Below are positions 1-12,827 of a stretch of 32,000 nt of DNA, piece by piece. The position numbers were made by a program, and so were the translations under genes. Position 1 is the stretch's first letter. The number at the start of each line of letters is the position of its first letter. The notes below the pieces were generated by a model that was not told the origin of the DNA, made no database searches, and saw only the letters and a list, made by a program, of their open reading frames with translations. The DNA is from Staphylothermus hellenicus DSM 12710 (GTDB taxonomy: Archaea > Thermoproteota > Thermoprotei_A > Sulfolobales > Desulfurococcaceae): positions 1,260,001 to 1,292,000 of the forward strand of contig NC_014205.1 in assembly GCF_000092465.1 (NCBI RefSeq), written 5' to 3'.

Positions 1-715
1 GGAAAGCTTTTCCCTCTTTTATAATTATTGCATCAATAATCCAGCCTCCAGCATGTGGTTCTAGCGAGGCAATACCAATGTTTTCTCCTCTACTACTGGC
101 TATTCTAAATATTGCTCCACCCATCAATGTTTCTCCTATAGGATCAACTGTTGCTATTTCATTTCTTATATCCGCGGCAACAGGCTTCTCTGCTTCCTTA
201 ACTATTGGCTGAGTAGAACCCATTACCTCGAGTGTTTTCTCCTCTTTCTCTTCAGCCCATTCTTCTTCAGGTGTTTTCACTTCTCCTCTAAGAATTTTCT
301 CTGCTTCTTCACTAGTTGGTGCTTCCCGGTATTGTTTCTGTATATCTGCTAGTTTTTCCTTTAATACTTTCTTAACAACTTCCATTACTTTCTCGTCCGG
401 TTGTCTCTTAAAATACTCTATTCTAAGAGTGTCATAGTTCCATTTTATTCTCCACTCGGAGGGGTCAACAACGTATTTAACTCTTATTCTAACAACATCG
501 CCTTTATCACAGCCGAGATTCTCTACAAGTATAATGTATAGTAGCCTGTTTATCTCGCCTGATGCTCTAGCAACCTCTCTTGCAAACTCTTTATTCTTTT
601 TAACCAAATCCCTTAATTGTGCGAAAAGCGTTCTTCTAAGCTTATTTGCATAAGCACCAGCTATTACTAATCCCGTGCTTAATTCATTTTCAATTCTTTC
701 TGTTCCCTCGCTCAT
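1..715 (-). CDS. hypothetical protein, N-terminal part only (gene runs off the left edge)
   Basis: Missing from the ORF track because it is open at the window edge. Reverse-strand ATG at 715-713 (MSEGTERIENELSTGLVIAGAYANKLRRTLFAQLRDL...) stays open down to position 2 (238 codons). Lys/Glu-rich middle region. No family recognised. Confidence 0.6.
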   Translation of the reverse strand, partial: MSEGTERIENELSTGLVIAGAYANKLRRTLFAQLRDLVKKNKEFAREVARASGEINRLLYIILVENLGCDKGDVVRIRVKYVVDPSEWRIKWNYDTLRIEYFKRQPDEKVMEVVKKVLKEKLADIQKQYREAPTSEEAEKILRGEVKTPEEEWAEEKEEKTLEVMGSTQPIVKEAEKPVAADIRNEIATVDPIGETLMGGAIFRIASSRGENIGIASLEPHAGGWIIDAIIIKEGKAF

Positions 716-828
716 AAACATACACCCGGCTATTACTATAATATTATATATTCATAATTTATATAAAACAATTTATTTCTCTAAAAGACTATAGTATTTC
801 ATAGGAAAAAATTATAGTGTGATGAAAA

Positions 829-1074
829 GTGTCTAGTAAGAAAGTATTGTTTGAAGGAGTGATTGTAGGGTTCGAATCCCCACCGGGATACTCTGATCCA
901 GCCTTGTTTATTCAAGGATCAATAAATAATGAAACAGCGTCTTTTTACCTATTGATCCCGAGAGAGAAGCACAATGAATATATGAGGTTAGGGGTTGGAC
1001 AAATGATTAGTGGTAGAGGCGTAATTGTTTCAACTGAACCCCTTATAATAAAGCTGATCGGAGATGAAGAATAA
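829..1074 (+). CDS. small hypothetical protein (81 aa, GTG start)
   Basis: ORF-track ORF that overlaps the next ORF by 11 nt, an operon-like arrangement. Typical AT-rich codon usage. No recognisable motif. Confidence 0.45.
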   Translation: MSSKKVLFEGVIVGFESPPGYSDPALFIQGSINNETASFYLLIPREKHNEYMRLGVGQMISGRGVIVSTEPLIIKLIGDEE

Positions 1075-1555
1075 AATGGGTAATATGCGTCTCCTACGTA
1101 AACCTCCTCGTATAAAAGTTTTAGAAGCTATTGGCAGTATAGGTGATCAGAGAGTTAAGGTATTAGATGATCATAGAGCAGAAGTTGTTTCTAGCCGTGG
1201 AGACAGGGTTTACAAGGTTATTGTTGAGCCGGTTAAGCATAATGTTTACCACGCGTATAGTAGTGATAATGGAACAATATTCAGAGGCTACGTTGGCTAT
1301 CCAATAATTGCTTTTCTAATGACTAAGAGTGTTATACCTATAGATAAAGAAGTTATGAAGGCAGTCACAGGTGTTCCGTGGAAGGATTTGAATGAGAGAT
1401 ATAAGAAGTACAGTATTGTAGAGAATATTGTTTTGAATAGAGCTGAGAGAATGGGTGTTAGTAGAGAAATAATTATGGATTACATCAATATTGTTATGAA
1501 GAAGCTTGGATTACTAAAAATATACTTCGTCGAAGAATTAAAGAATAAATTCTAG
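1064..1555 (+). CDS. hypothetical protein (163 aa)
   Basis: Clean ORF coupled to the upstream small ORF. No catalytic motif recognised. Confidence 0.6.
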   Translation: MKNKMGNMRLLRKPPRIKVLEAIGSIGDQRVKVLDDHRAEVVSSRGDRVYKVIVEPVKHNVYHAYSSDNGTIFRGYVGYPIIAFLMTKSVIPIDKEVMKAVTGVPWKDLNERYKKYSIVENIVLNRAERMGVSREIIMDYINIVMKKLGLLKIYFVEELKNKF

Positions 1556-1561
1556 CTAGTA

Positions 1562-2206
1562 CTAGTATAGATTTATAAAGCCATGAACAACTCTAATATA
1601 TTTTCTCAAAACTAATTCAGACAATATTTTTCTAGCCTCCACCTTATTAACCCCCAGCTCTTTTGAGAGAATAATAGCTGCGTCTTTAACAGTTAATTCA
1701 CCATATTCAATCATTGATTCTCTGAGAATCTCATATGCTCTACCAAGTATTCCAGGCGGTTTTTCAACCAGGAATACCTTGTTCTCCCCAATCCTGACAC
1801 GGTATCTCTCATTGTTATCGGTAAATAATAACTCGTAAATACTGTGTTGTATTTGTTTCAGAAATATCTTGGTATAGCTGCGTGGTATTTTGAAACTATA
1901 ATTGCCGGGGGTTAATGTTATCAAGATGTTTTCAATGTTTAACTTGTATGGAAGTATTTCTGGTTCAAATACAACCACTACCATATCACGTGGTGGTTCT
2001 AGGAACTTATACGTTATAATAATGTTTTCAGGGATATCGACTAAGTATTTTTCTCCAAGAATATCTCCTGGATCAACTAATAGGATCTTTTTATTCCGAG
2101 ATACATGCTTTACAGCATTCAATACTAGTATGATTTTCGCATTCATATAATGGCTGATCAACGCTTTTTTATTAGTTAGTAATTTCTCATATATCTCTGC
2201 AATCAT
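1562..2206 (-). CDS. hypothetical protein with possible C-terminal winged-helix-like region
   Basis: 214-aa ORF. The C-terminal segment ELTVKDAAIILSKELGVNKVEARKILSELVLRKYI resembles an HTH/wHTH. The antisense ORF 1902-2150 is judged spurious. Confidence 0.55.
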   Translation of the reverse strand: MIAEIYEKLLTNKKALISHYMNAKIILVLNAVKHVSRNKKILLVDPGDILGEKYLVDIPENIIITYKFLEPPRDMVVVVFEPEILPYKLNIENILITLTPGNYSFKIPRSYTKIFLKQIQHSIYELLFTDNNERYRVRIGENKVFLVEKPPGILGRAYEILRESMIEYGELTVKDAAIILSKELGVNKVEARKILSELVLRKYIRVVHGFINLY

Positions 2207-2269
2207 TTCTAAGAACCCTACAGTATACTATGATACTAGTTTTATTTTTGACCAGACTATATTTTATTC

Positions 2270-3292
2270 GTGTCCCGCATAAGTCTTAATAGGTGTGTGG
2301 AGATGGAGGATCTCTATCTTGGATGGATTGAGCAGTTAAGAAAAGGCTTGGAGCAGTGGGGCAGTGTTAAGGTTCCAGGCAAGTATAGATTAGTGTTTAT
2401 AGCTGGCATGGGTGGTAGCGGTATTGTTGGAGACTATGTTGCTGCACTAAGCAATATTAAAGGTTCTATACCGGTTCTTGTTTCTAAAAGCCATTTAGTC
2501 CCAAGTTTCCTTGGCAGAGATGATTTAGTATTTATTGTCAGCTATAGTGGGAACACATTGGAAACTAGGATCGCATATGAAAAAGCTGCTGAGAAAAAGC
2601 CGCGGATAATTATTGTTTCAAGCAATGGATTATTGGAGAGTATTGCTGCCGAGAACAATATACCTTTTATCCCAATTATTAAGGGTGTTGCTCCGAGAAC
2701 CGCGTTGCCGCACATGTTATATGCTATACTAGGAGTTCTTGATTCTTCAGGGTACAGTATTGTGAGCCATAGTGAAGCGGTTGATGCATATGAGAATTTA
2801 AAGAATAATGTGAAAGAAGCAGTTGATAAAGCACATGAGCTGTCAAGTTTCATCGCTGAACATAAGGGTTTACCTATTCTAGCAACCCATACACCATTGG
2901 AAGCATTAGTTGTGAGGGGGAAGAACGAGTTCAACGAAAACTCTAAGATCCCTGTCAAAGTAGAGGTTGCTCCTGAATGGATGCATAACGATATTGTTGG
3001 GTGGGAGAAACCGTTTGAGAACAAGTATTCAGCAATAATAATCCGTGATCCAAGCGATGATATTGGTTCTAAACTAGTTGATTTCATGAAGAAGATCTAT
3101 ATGAGCAATAACATACCAATATATGAGCTGGATCTACAAGGTAGTACTTTTCTCGAGAAACTACTGTATGGTAGCTTGGTCCTTGGCCTTGCAAGCGTTA
3201 AGCTGGCTAGGATTAGAGGAGTTGATCCCTTAGCTACCGAGAATATCACGTTATATAAGAAGGATGCCCCCAAAATATTTGGGAGAAGCTAG
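2270..3292 (+). CDS. bifunctional phosphoglucose/phosphomannose isomerase (SIS-domain, crenarchaeal PGI/PMI type)
   Basis: 340 aa. GMGGSGIVGDY phosphosugar-binding loop, SYSGNT motif, and size and layout typical of the archaeal PGI/PMI family. Antisense ORF 2542-3087 is spurious. Confidence 0.8.
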   Translation: MSRISLNRCVEMEDLYLGWIEQLRKGLEQWGSVKVPGKYRLVFIAGMGGSGIVGDYVAALSNIKGSIPVLVSKSHLVPSFLGRDDLVFIVSYSGNTLETRIAYEKAAEKKPRIIIVSSNGLLESIAAENNIPFIPIIKGVAPRTALPHMLYAILGVLDSSGYSIVSHSEAVDAYENLKNNVKEAVDKAHELSSFIAEHKGLPILATHTPLEALVVRGKNEFNENSKIPVKVEVAPEWMHNDIVGWEKPFENKYSAIIIRDPSDDIGSKLVDFMKKIYMSNNIPIYELDLQGSTFLEKLLYGSLVLGLASVKLARIRGVDPLATENITLYKKDAPKIFGRS

Positions 3293-4149
3293 AGAGATGA
3301 TAGCCAAAAAGCCAGCAGCCCGATCATCATGGCGTATAACATGTTTTTTCGGGCTTTCTCCAATATTGTTTTATCATTTATTCTTTTAAAGCTCTTATAA
3401 GCCCATACCGTGTAGAGGGCTGCGGCGATAATTATTAGCACCATGTATAGTATCCCTGCTCCTCCAAGTATTCCAGCTAATATACCCATTAGTGAGCCTA
3501 GTATTCCAGCTGATAAAATGGTTTTTCCCGCGGTTTCCACACCATACTTTATAGGTATTGTTACGTATCCATATTTTTTATCTCCGACAATATCTATTGT
3601 TGCCTTCAATACTTCTCTACCAGTAGTTATAATGAAGATTGTTGTGGAGAACAGTATTGTGAAGACAAGCTTGTTTATCGGCATACCTGCTAATATGTAG
3701 CCATAAATTATTGGCCCAGTAGTGCTTATGGATACTATGAAGTGGCTCCACCAGTATTTTCTCAAATAACTATACATGTATCCTACCACACTATATGTTA
3801 GCGCAGTTATTAGGGGTGCTATGCCTAGGAAAATATTGATAAACGGTATAATGATAAGCATGGATATGCTGGAATAATATATTGTTCCAGGATCGATTCT
3901 CCCACTAGGTATAGGTTTCCACGGCTTATTCACAGCATCCACTTCTCTATCAACATAATCGTTTATCAGCATAGATGATGCTGCTCCTAGATAACCAGTT
4001 ATGAATCCAATGATTATGCATAGTGGGCAGTCTATACTATAATCTGTAAATACGAGATATGCGAAAACAACGCCTATACCGGTCATGAACGAGTTAATAG
4101 GCCGTGTCGTGGCAAATAATTCCTTTAACCAACCCAAGATATTGGACAC
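3289..4149 (-). CDS. UbiA-family prenyltransferase, likely digeranylgeranylglyceryl-phosphate synthase
   Basis: 286 aa, polytopic membrane protein. First Asp-rich motif NDYVDREVDAVNKPWKPIPSG (NDxxDxxxD). Size matches archaeal DGGGP synthases. The substrate assignment is inferred. Confidence 0.75.
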   Translation of the reverse strand: MSNILGWLKELFATTRPINSFMTGIGVVFAYLVFTDYSIDCPLCIIIGFITGYLGAASSMLINDYVDREVDAVNKPWKPIPSGRIDPGTIYYSSISMLIIIPFINIFLGIAPLITALTYSVVGYMYSYLRKYWWSHFIVSISTTGPIIYGYILAGMPINKLVFTILFSTTIFIITTGREVLKATIDIVGDKKYGYVTIPIKYGVETAGKTILSAGILGSLMGILAGILGGAGILYMVLIIIAAALYTVWAYKSFKRINDKTILEKARKNMLYAMMIGLLAFWLSSL

Positions 4150-4245
4150 CCTATAATATATTGGCTTAACAATTCTTTTATCATTGAAACAATAAGTATT
4201 TCTGAGTAAATAAAATAATTCTCCTAAAACAATTCATATCTACAT

Positions 4246-4312
4246 AGATGATGAAACGACGGTAAACCATACTCGTTAAAACGGGGATGAGGATCGTTCT
4301 CCTAACTGATGC
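4246..4312 (+). ncRNA. candidate C/D-box sRNA
   Basis: C box AUGAUGA at 4248-4254. C'-like AUGAGGA at 4287-4293, followed by exactly 12 nt (UCGUUCUCCUAA) and D box CUGA at 4306-4309, then a T-tract (tgctgttttta). Total about 65 nt, in an intergenic region. Weaknesses: no good D' box, weak terminal stem, and no convincing (10 nt or longer) rRNA target within this window. Confidence 0.3.
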
Positions 4313-4353
4313 TGTTTTTATAGAACCCATGCTTAATCTATTAGGGGCGATAC

Positions 4354-5379
4354 ATGTTGGGAATAAATGAGATTAGATGGAATCCTTTACTGAAACAATG
4401 GATTATTGTTGCCGGACATAGAGGTAGGAGGCCTTGGAGACCTGGGGAGAGAGGTAAACGTTTTTGCCCATTTTGTCCAGGCGCTCCTGAAACGAAGGAT
4501 CTTGGAGAATGGGATGTTATCGTGTTGCCTAATAAGTATCCTGCCCTCACACCTAATCCTCCGAAGCCAGAGGATCCTGGGACCCCATTGTTCAGAGTAG
4601 GGGAGGCTAGGGGGGTTTGCAAGGTTCTTGTGGAAACTCCTAGGCATGAGGGGGATCTGCATGATTTATCTTTGGAGCATATGGTTAAAGTAATTAATAT
4701 GTTTAGGGAGGAATACGAGAAATTATCTAGGCTACCGTTTGTTGAGTATGTTGCAGAGTTTAGGAATAAGGGTAGAGAAGTAGGTGTTTCGCTGAGCCAT
4801 CCTCATTCACAAATATATGCTCTCCCATTTATTCCTCCAAAGATCACTGCTGAAATAGAGTCTTTTAGGGAGTACTATGAGGAGATGGGTAAGTGTTTAC
4901 TATGTGATATCTTAGCTGAGGAGCGGAGGCTTGGTAAGAGAATAGTTTATGCGAACAAATTATTCACGGTTCTCCTCCCCTACTATGCTATGTGGCCTTA
5001 CGAAGTACATGTTATTCCTCATAGACACCTGGGCTCCTTAATGGATTTCAATAGTGAGGATTCCCTATACTTGGCTGACGCGTTAAGAGTGGTTACTGCT
5101 ACATATAATGTTTTGCTGAGAAAAGATGCTCCATACATAATGGTTTTCCACCAGAACCCCTCTAAGAAGAAGCTTGGCTATTATCATATGCATATAGAGT
5201 TTTATCAACCATACAGGGACAGGGATAAGCTGAAATATGCTGCTGGTATTGAGTGGGGTTTCGGTGTTTTCACATATGATGGTGTGCCGGAGGAGAAAGC
5301 CGGTGAGTTGAAGAAAGCATGTAGTATAGCTGTTGATAAACGCTTAGATAAAGTATTGGGTGGATGCGGTGGCGGATAA
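4354..5379 (+). CDS. galT: galactose-1-phosphate uridylyltransferase (HIT superfamily, GalT)
   Basis: CPFCPG zinc knuckle near the N-terminus and active-site SHPHSQIY (HxHxQ). 341 aa. The 3' end overlaps the next gene. Confidence 0.85.
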   Translation: MLGINEIRWNPLLKQWIIVAGHRGRRPWRPGERGKRFCPFCPGAPETKDLGEWDVIVLPNKYPALTPNPPKPEDPGTPLFRVGEARGVCKVLVETPRHEGDLHDLSLEHMVKVINMFREEYEKLSRLPFVEYVAEFRNKGREVGVSLSHPHSQIYALPFIPPKITAEIESFREYYEEMGKCLLCDILAEERRLGKRIVYANKLFTVLLPYYAMWPYEVHVIPHRHLGSLMDFNSEDSLYLADALRVVTATYNVLLRKDAPYIMVFHQNPSKKKLGYYHMHIEFYQPYRDRDKLKYAAGIEWGFGVFTYDGVPEEKAGELKKACSIAVDKRLDKVLGGCGGG

Positions 5380-6643
5380 GGATCCTACAAGGTATATTGT
5401 CTCGGAATATAAGAGATTCTATGGTTTAGAGCCAGAAGTAATAGTTTCTGCTCCGGGGAGACTGGATTTCTTAAATACTCATCAAGACTATAAGGGCTTA
5501 CCTGTTGTATCTATCGGTATAAATTTGAGAACATATGTTGCAATCTCTAGATCCCCCAGTAATTATTCTAGGATTATATCGTTGAACATGTTGTGGGAGG
5601 ATAAGGGTTTCCAGGATATTTTCCGTGTTGAAAACACGTTTTTGAGGATGGATAAATGGTTTGGAAACTATATTAGAGCATCAATGATTGCTTTGAAACA
5701 ATGCTGTGGAAGCATCGGGGATGTTTGGGCTCTAATATATAGTGATATACCTATCGGGGCTGGACTAGCTAGTAGCGCTGCATTACTGGTTGCATTTATT
5801 GGAGGTGTAAACGAGCTCTACGGGTTAGGCTTGGATAGGAGAGATGTTGCTGAGCTAGCTTATCATGTAGAACATGATATTATGAATATACCGTGTGGTA
5901 GACTGGACCAGTATGGCTCGGCTTATGGGGGTATTGTCAGGATAGAGACTAAGCCACCATATAATGTGGAGGAGCTACAACGTATTAATGGTGTATTCGT
6001 TGTTTTGGATTCAGGGATAAAGCATAGCACAGCGGATATTCATCCGTTGAGGCAAGCTGAGATAAATACGGGTTTGAGACTTCTACTCCAAATGAATGAT
6101 CTGGATAGGAGGGTTAGGGAGAAACTAGCTCGTGAATACTATGCTGTTAAGTGGGATATGATAAGATATGAGGAGATAAAGCCTTACCTATACAGGTTAC
6201 CGGTTATTCCTAGGAAGAGAATAGAGTTTACATTCAAAATGAATGATTCAACACGTCTCGCCCTAGAAGTATTGAAGGGGGGTATTCCTAGTTTTGAGAA
6301 GTGGGTAACGGTTCTTGGCTGGGGGTGGAGGGATAAAATATTGGAGGCCATGAAAAACAGTGATCCTGTTTTAAGCCTTATAGGATTAACTATGAATTAC
6401 CAACACATCTTACTAAGGGATCTATACGATGTTAGCTTGCCCCAAATAGAGAAAATACGTGATGCAGCATTATCAGCCGGCGGTTTAGGAGCTAAGATTT
6501 CCGGGGCGGGACTGGGTGGTTCACTAATAGTGCTCGCAAAAGATAGGGGAACCGCTGAGAAAATACTGAGAAAAGCCCTAGACAACGGAGCTGTTCGTGG
6601 ATGGATTGTAGAAATAGATTCTGGACTGAGAAGAGAAGCATAG
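5360..6643 (+). CDS. galK: galactokinase-like GHMP kinase
   Basis: N-terminal galactokinase signature APGRLDFLNTHQDY (compare PGRVNLIGEHTDY), GHMP motif PIGAGLASSAAL, and C-terminal GAGLGGS. GTG start overlaps the galT stop region by 20 nt. Confidence 0.8.
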   Translation: MDAVADKDPTRYIVSEYKRFYGLEPEVIVSAPGRLDFLNTHQDYKGLPVVSIGINLRTYVAISRSPSNYSRIISLNMLWEDKGFQDIFRVENTFLRMDKWFGNYIRASMIALKQCCGSIGDVWALIYSDIPIGAGLASSAALLVAFIGGVNELYGLGLDRRDVAELAYHVEHDIMNIPCGRLDQYGSAYGGIVRIETKPPYNVEELQRINGVFVVLDSGIKHSTADIHPLRQAEINTGLRLLLQMNDLDRRVREKLAREYYAVKWDMIRYEEIKPYLYRLPVIPRKRIEFTFKMNDSTRLALEVLKGGIPSFEKWVTVLGWGWRDKILEAMKNSDPVLSLIGLTMNYQHILLRDLYDVSLPQIEKIRDAALSAGGLGAKISGAGLGGSLIVLAKDRGTAEKILRKALDNGAVRGWIVEIDSGLRREA

Positions 6644-6663
6644 CCTAGTAATTACTAAGCGAT

Positions 6664-6800
6664 ACGCGCCATGGATAGGCAGCCCGGGAACCCTGCGCCC
6701 TTTTATCCCCCATTATAGGGGTTTACACTCGAACCGGGTCAAGGGGCTCCGCCTCAATGTCCCGGGCAATGCAATCATTATTTTGCCCGGCTCGTCCCCG
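6664..6800 (-). other. 23S pre-rRNA processing stem, 3' strand (trailer)
   Basis: Complementary to 10010-10108. For example, 6666-6685 pairs with 10087-10106 (20 bp; the single mismatch is a G-U only in the rRNA-sense strand), 6711-6725 pairs with the CCUCCAUUAUAGGGGG block near 10050-10065, and GGCGGAGCCCC pairs with GGGGCUCCGCC. An extra hairpin CCGGGCAA-[AU-rich loop]-UUGCCCGG at 6763-6791 branches from the stem. Confidence 0.7.
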
Positions 6801-6807
6801 GGTGAGT

Positions 6808-10008
<3,201 letters not shown>

Positions 10009-10009
10009 C

Positions 10010-10108
10010 GGGGACGAGGGGCGGAGCCCCTGCCCGGTTTCGACCAGTGCCCCCTATAATGGAGGATTACCGGGCACAGGGCCCCTGGGCTACCTATCCA
10101 TGGCGCGC
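10010..10108 (-). other. 23S pre-rRNA processing stem, 5' strand (within the 16S-23S spacer)
   Basis: Pairs with 6664-6800 (see that feature). The spacer 10009-10431 contains no tRNA. Confidence 0.7.
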
Positions 10109-10215
10109 ATCGCCCCCCGTTAACTAAGCCTAAACCATCTAAGCATCAAGGGGGGCTCGCGCCCTTCACACGGAACCAATTCATGGTTCCGTGTTGCATC
10201 GGGCAAATATGTAGT

Positions 10216-10251
10216 GAGGGGTCGAAGCCGGAGAGGAACAATACAACCCCC
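10216..10251 (-). other. 16S pre-rRNA processing stem, 3' strand
   Basis: Perfect 36-nt reverse complement of 12084-12119 (gaggggtcgaagccggagaggaacaatacaaccccc). A further complementary block follows (aggtgttctccca, about 10312-10328 versus about 12032-12044). Confidence 0.85.
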
Positions 10252-10431
10252 ATCCCCTATTATTTTAAGTGTCTTGTTGAAGACCCAAGCCCCATTCAAG
10301 AGGGGGTGTATTGGGAGAACACCTAAGGCCCCCTCATCTAGAACGGGGACAATAATGTTTTTATCAATGGGAAGAGGGAGGATTATCCACCTCTACGACC
10401 CCTTTGGAGCCCCGGCCCTTGCCCGCAGGCG

Positions 10432-11940
<1,509 letters not shown>

Positions 11941-12083
11941 TTGCGGCCGCAAGGGGGCGGGGCTCCTTTTAGGGGTCGTAGAGTTTGTGGAGCCCCCCTC
12001 TTCCCATAAAGCATACTCTATAGTGTTCGGGGGCAGGTGTTCTCCCACCCCCTGTGTTGAGAAGGGGGTGTGTTTTCCGGGGA

Positions 12084-12119
12084 GGGGGTTGTATTGTTCC
12101 TCTCCGGCTTCGACCCCTC
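12084..12119 (-). other. 16S pre-rRNA processing stem, 5' strand (leader)
   Basis: Perfect 36-nt complement of 10216-10251. Confidence 0.85.
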
Positions 12120-12244
12120 GTCAGACCCAAGCGTCCCAGGGGTAGGTGTAAGCTTAATCATTCTATTTGTCAACTATGCCCCTGGGGGGCTTGGGTCTCC
12201 ATCGGTGATTGGTAATCGTCTGTATGATTATTGGGTGTTTCGGG

Positions 12245-12262
12245 ATTTATATATATTATGCC
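12245..12262 (-). promoter_or_regulatory. candidate rRNA operon promoter (TATA box)
   Basis: The minus-strand sense reads GCAUAAUAUAUAUAAAUCCC, the first strong TATA-like element upstream of the 16S leader stem. No transcription start can be proven from sequence. Confidence 0.3.
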
Positions 12263-12368
12263 TCATGATCATTTAATCACATATTGAAACAAAGCGGTGC
12301 AAGTGGGATAACAATGTCCACAATAAACATATACTACCATGGAAAAACATGTCTACCCAAATAATAAA

Positions 12369-12458
12369 CAATGTCCCCGCGGCAGGAGACCGCCCCCTCA
12401 TCCCTCCCGGGCTAAGCCCGGAGTCGGGGCGATGCCGCCGCCGGGAAGCCGCGGGGCC
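12369..12458 (-). ncRNA. candidate single-hairpin H/ACA-box guide sRNA
   Basis: An isolated roughly 90-nt GC-rich island in AT-rich intergenic DNA. In the minus-strand sense the layout is as follows:
- a 9-bp lower stem CCCCGCGGC / GCCGCGGGG;
- an internal loop (pseudouridylation-pocket-like): 5' side UUCCCGGCGGCGGC, 3' side CUCCU;
- an upper stem AUCGCCCC / GGGGCGGU;
- a K-turn-like pair of motifs (CGA opposite GGAUGA);
- an apical hairpin CUCCGGGC-UUA-GCCCGGGAG.
ACA follows immediately after the lower stem (12374-12372), 14 nt from the top of the pocket. TATA-like elements lie upstream at 12468-12476 and 12486-12495. Confidence 0.55.
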
Positions 12459-12580
12459 ATAAAATACTTATATAAACAGCCAGCCTAATATAATACCCTC
12501 CCACCACTGTTTCAAATCCCTACAATGAATAGCCTAGAATAAATAATTGATGCAACAATCCTTCTTCCCACTATCGTACT

Positions 12581-12602
12581 CTCAATTTTCCTAGATTGTT
12601 TC
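12581..12602 (-). repeat. solitary inverted copy of the CRISPR-like repeat
   Basis: ctcaattttcctagattgtttc is the reverse complement of gaaacaatctaggaaaattgag. That is 21 consecutive matches to the repeat at 12828-12851, in the opposite orientation, 225 bp away. Confidence 0.6.
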
Positions 12603-12827
12603 TATTCTTTGTATTTCATTGTTTATTTTTATTTATTTTTCTAGTATTTGTGTTTTGTCTTTGATGGTTGGTGGTGTGTAATTGGTTTGATGAGGATCTA
12701 CATTTGTGGCGTCATCCCTGACTCGGGTAGGTAGTGTATTGTATATGGTTTCCCAAGGATCTCTAGAGCTATCATTGCATATACCGGGAGTATTCTAAGG
12801 CTAGCACCTGCTTCAAGTATCATGCTA

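Noticed and set aside
868-881. A tRNA T-arm-like GGGTTCGAATCCCC inside ORF 829-1074, considered as a tRNA fragment or integration att remnant.
   Set aside because: There is no matching acceptor or D arm (an implied acceptor would start with A and pair poorly). It differs at several positions from every tRNA 3' half in the window, and it reads through as plausible coding sequence (GFESPPG). Most likely coincidence.
12687-12721. UGAUGA ... CUGA pair in the leader-like region as a C/D-box sRNA.
   Set aside because: Only 24 nt separate the boxes, too short for even a single 12-nt guide plus internal boxes. The segment folds as a simple GAUGA/UCAUC hairpin.
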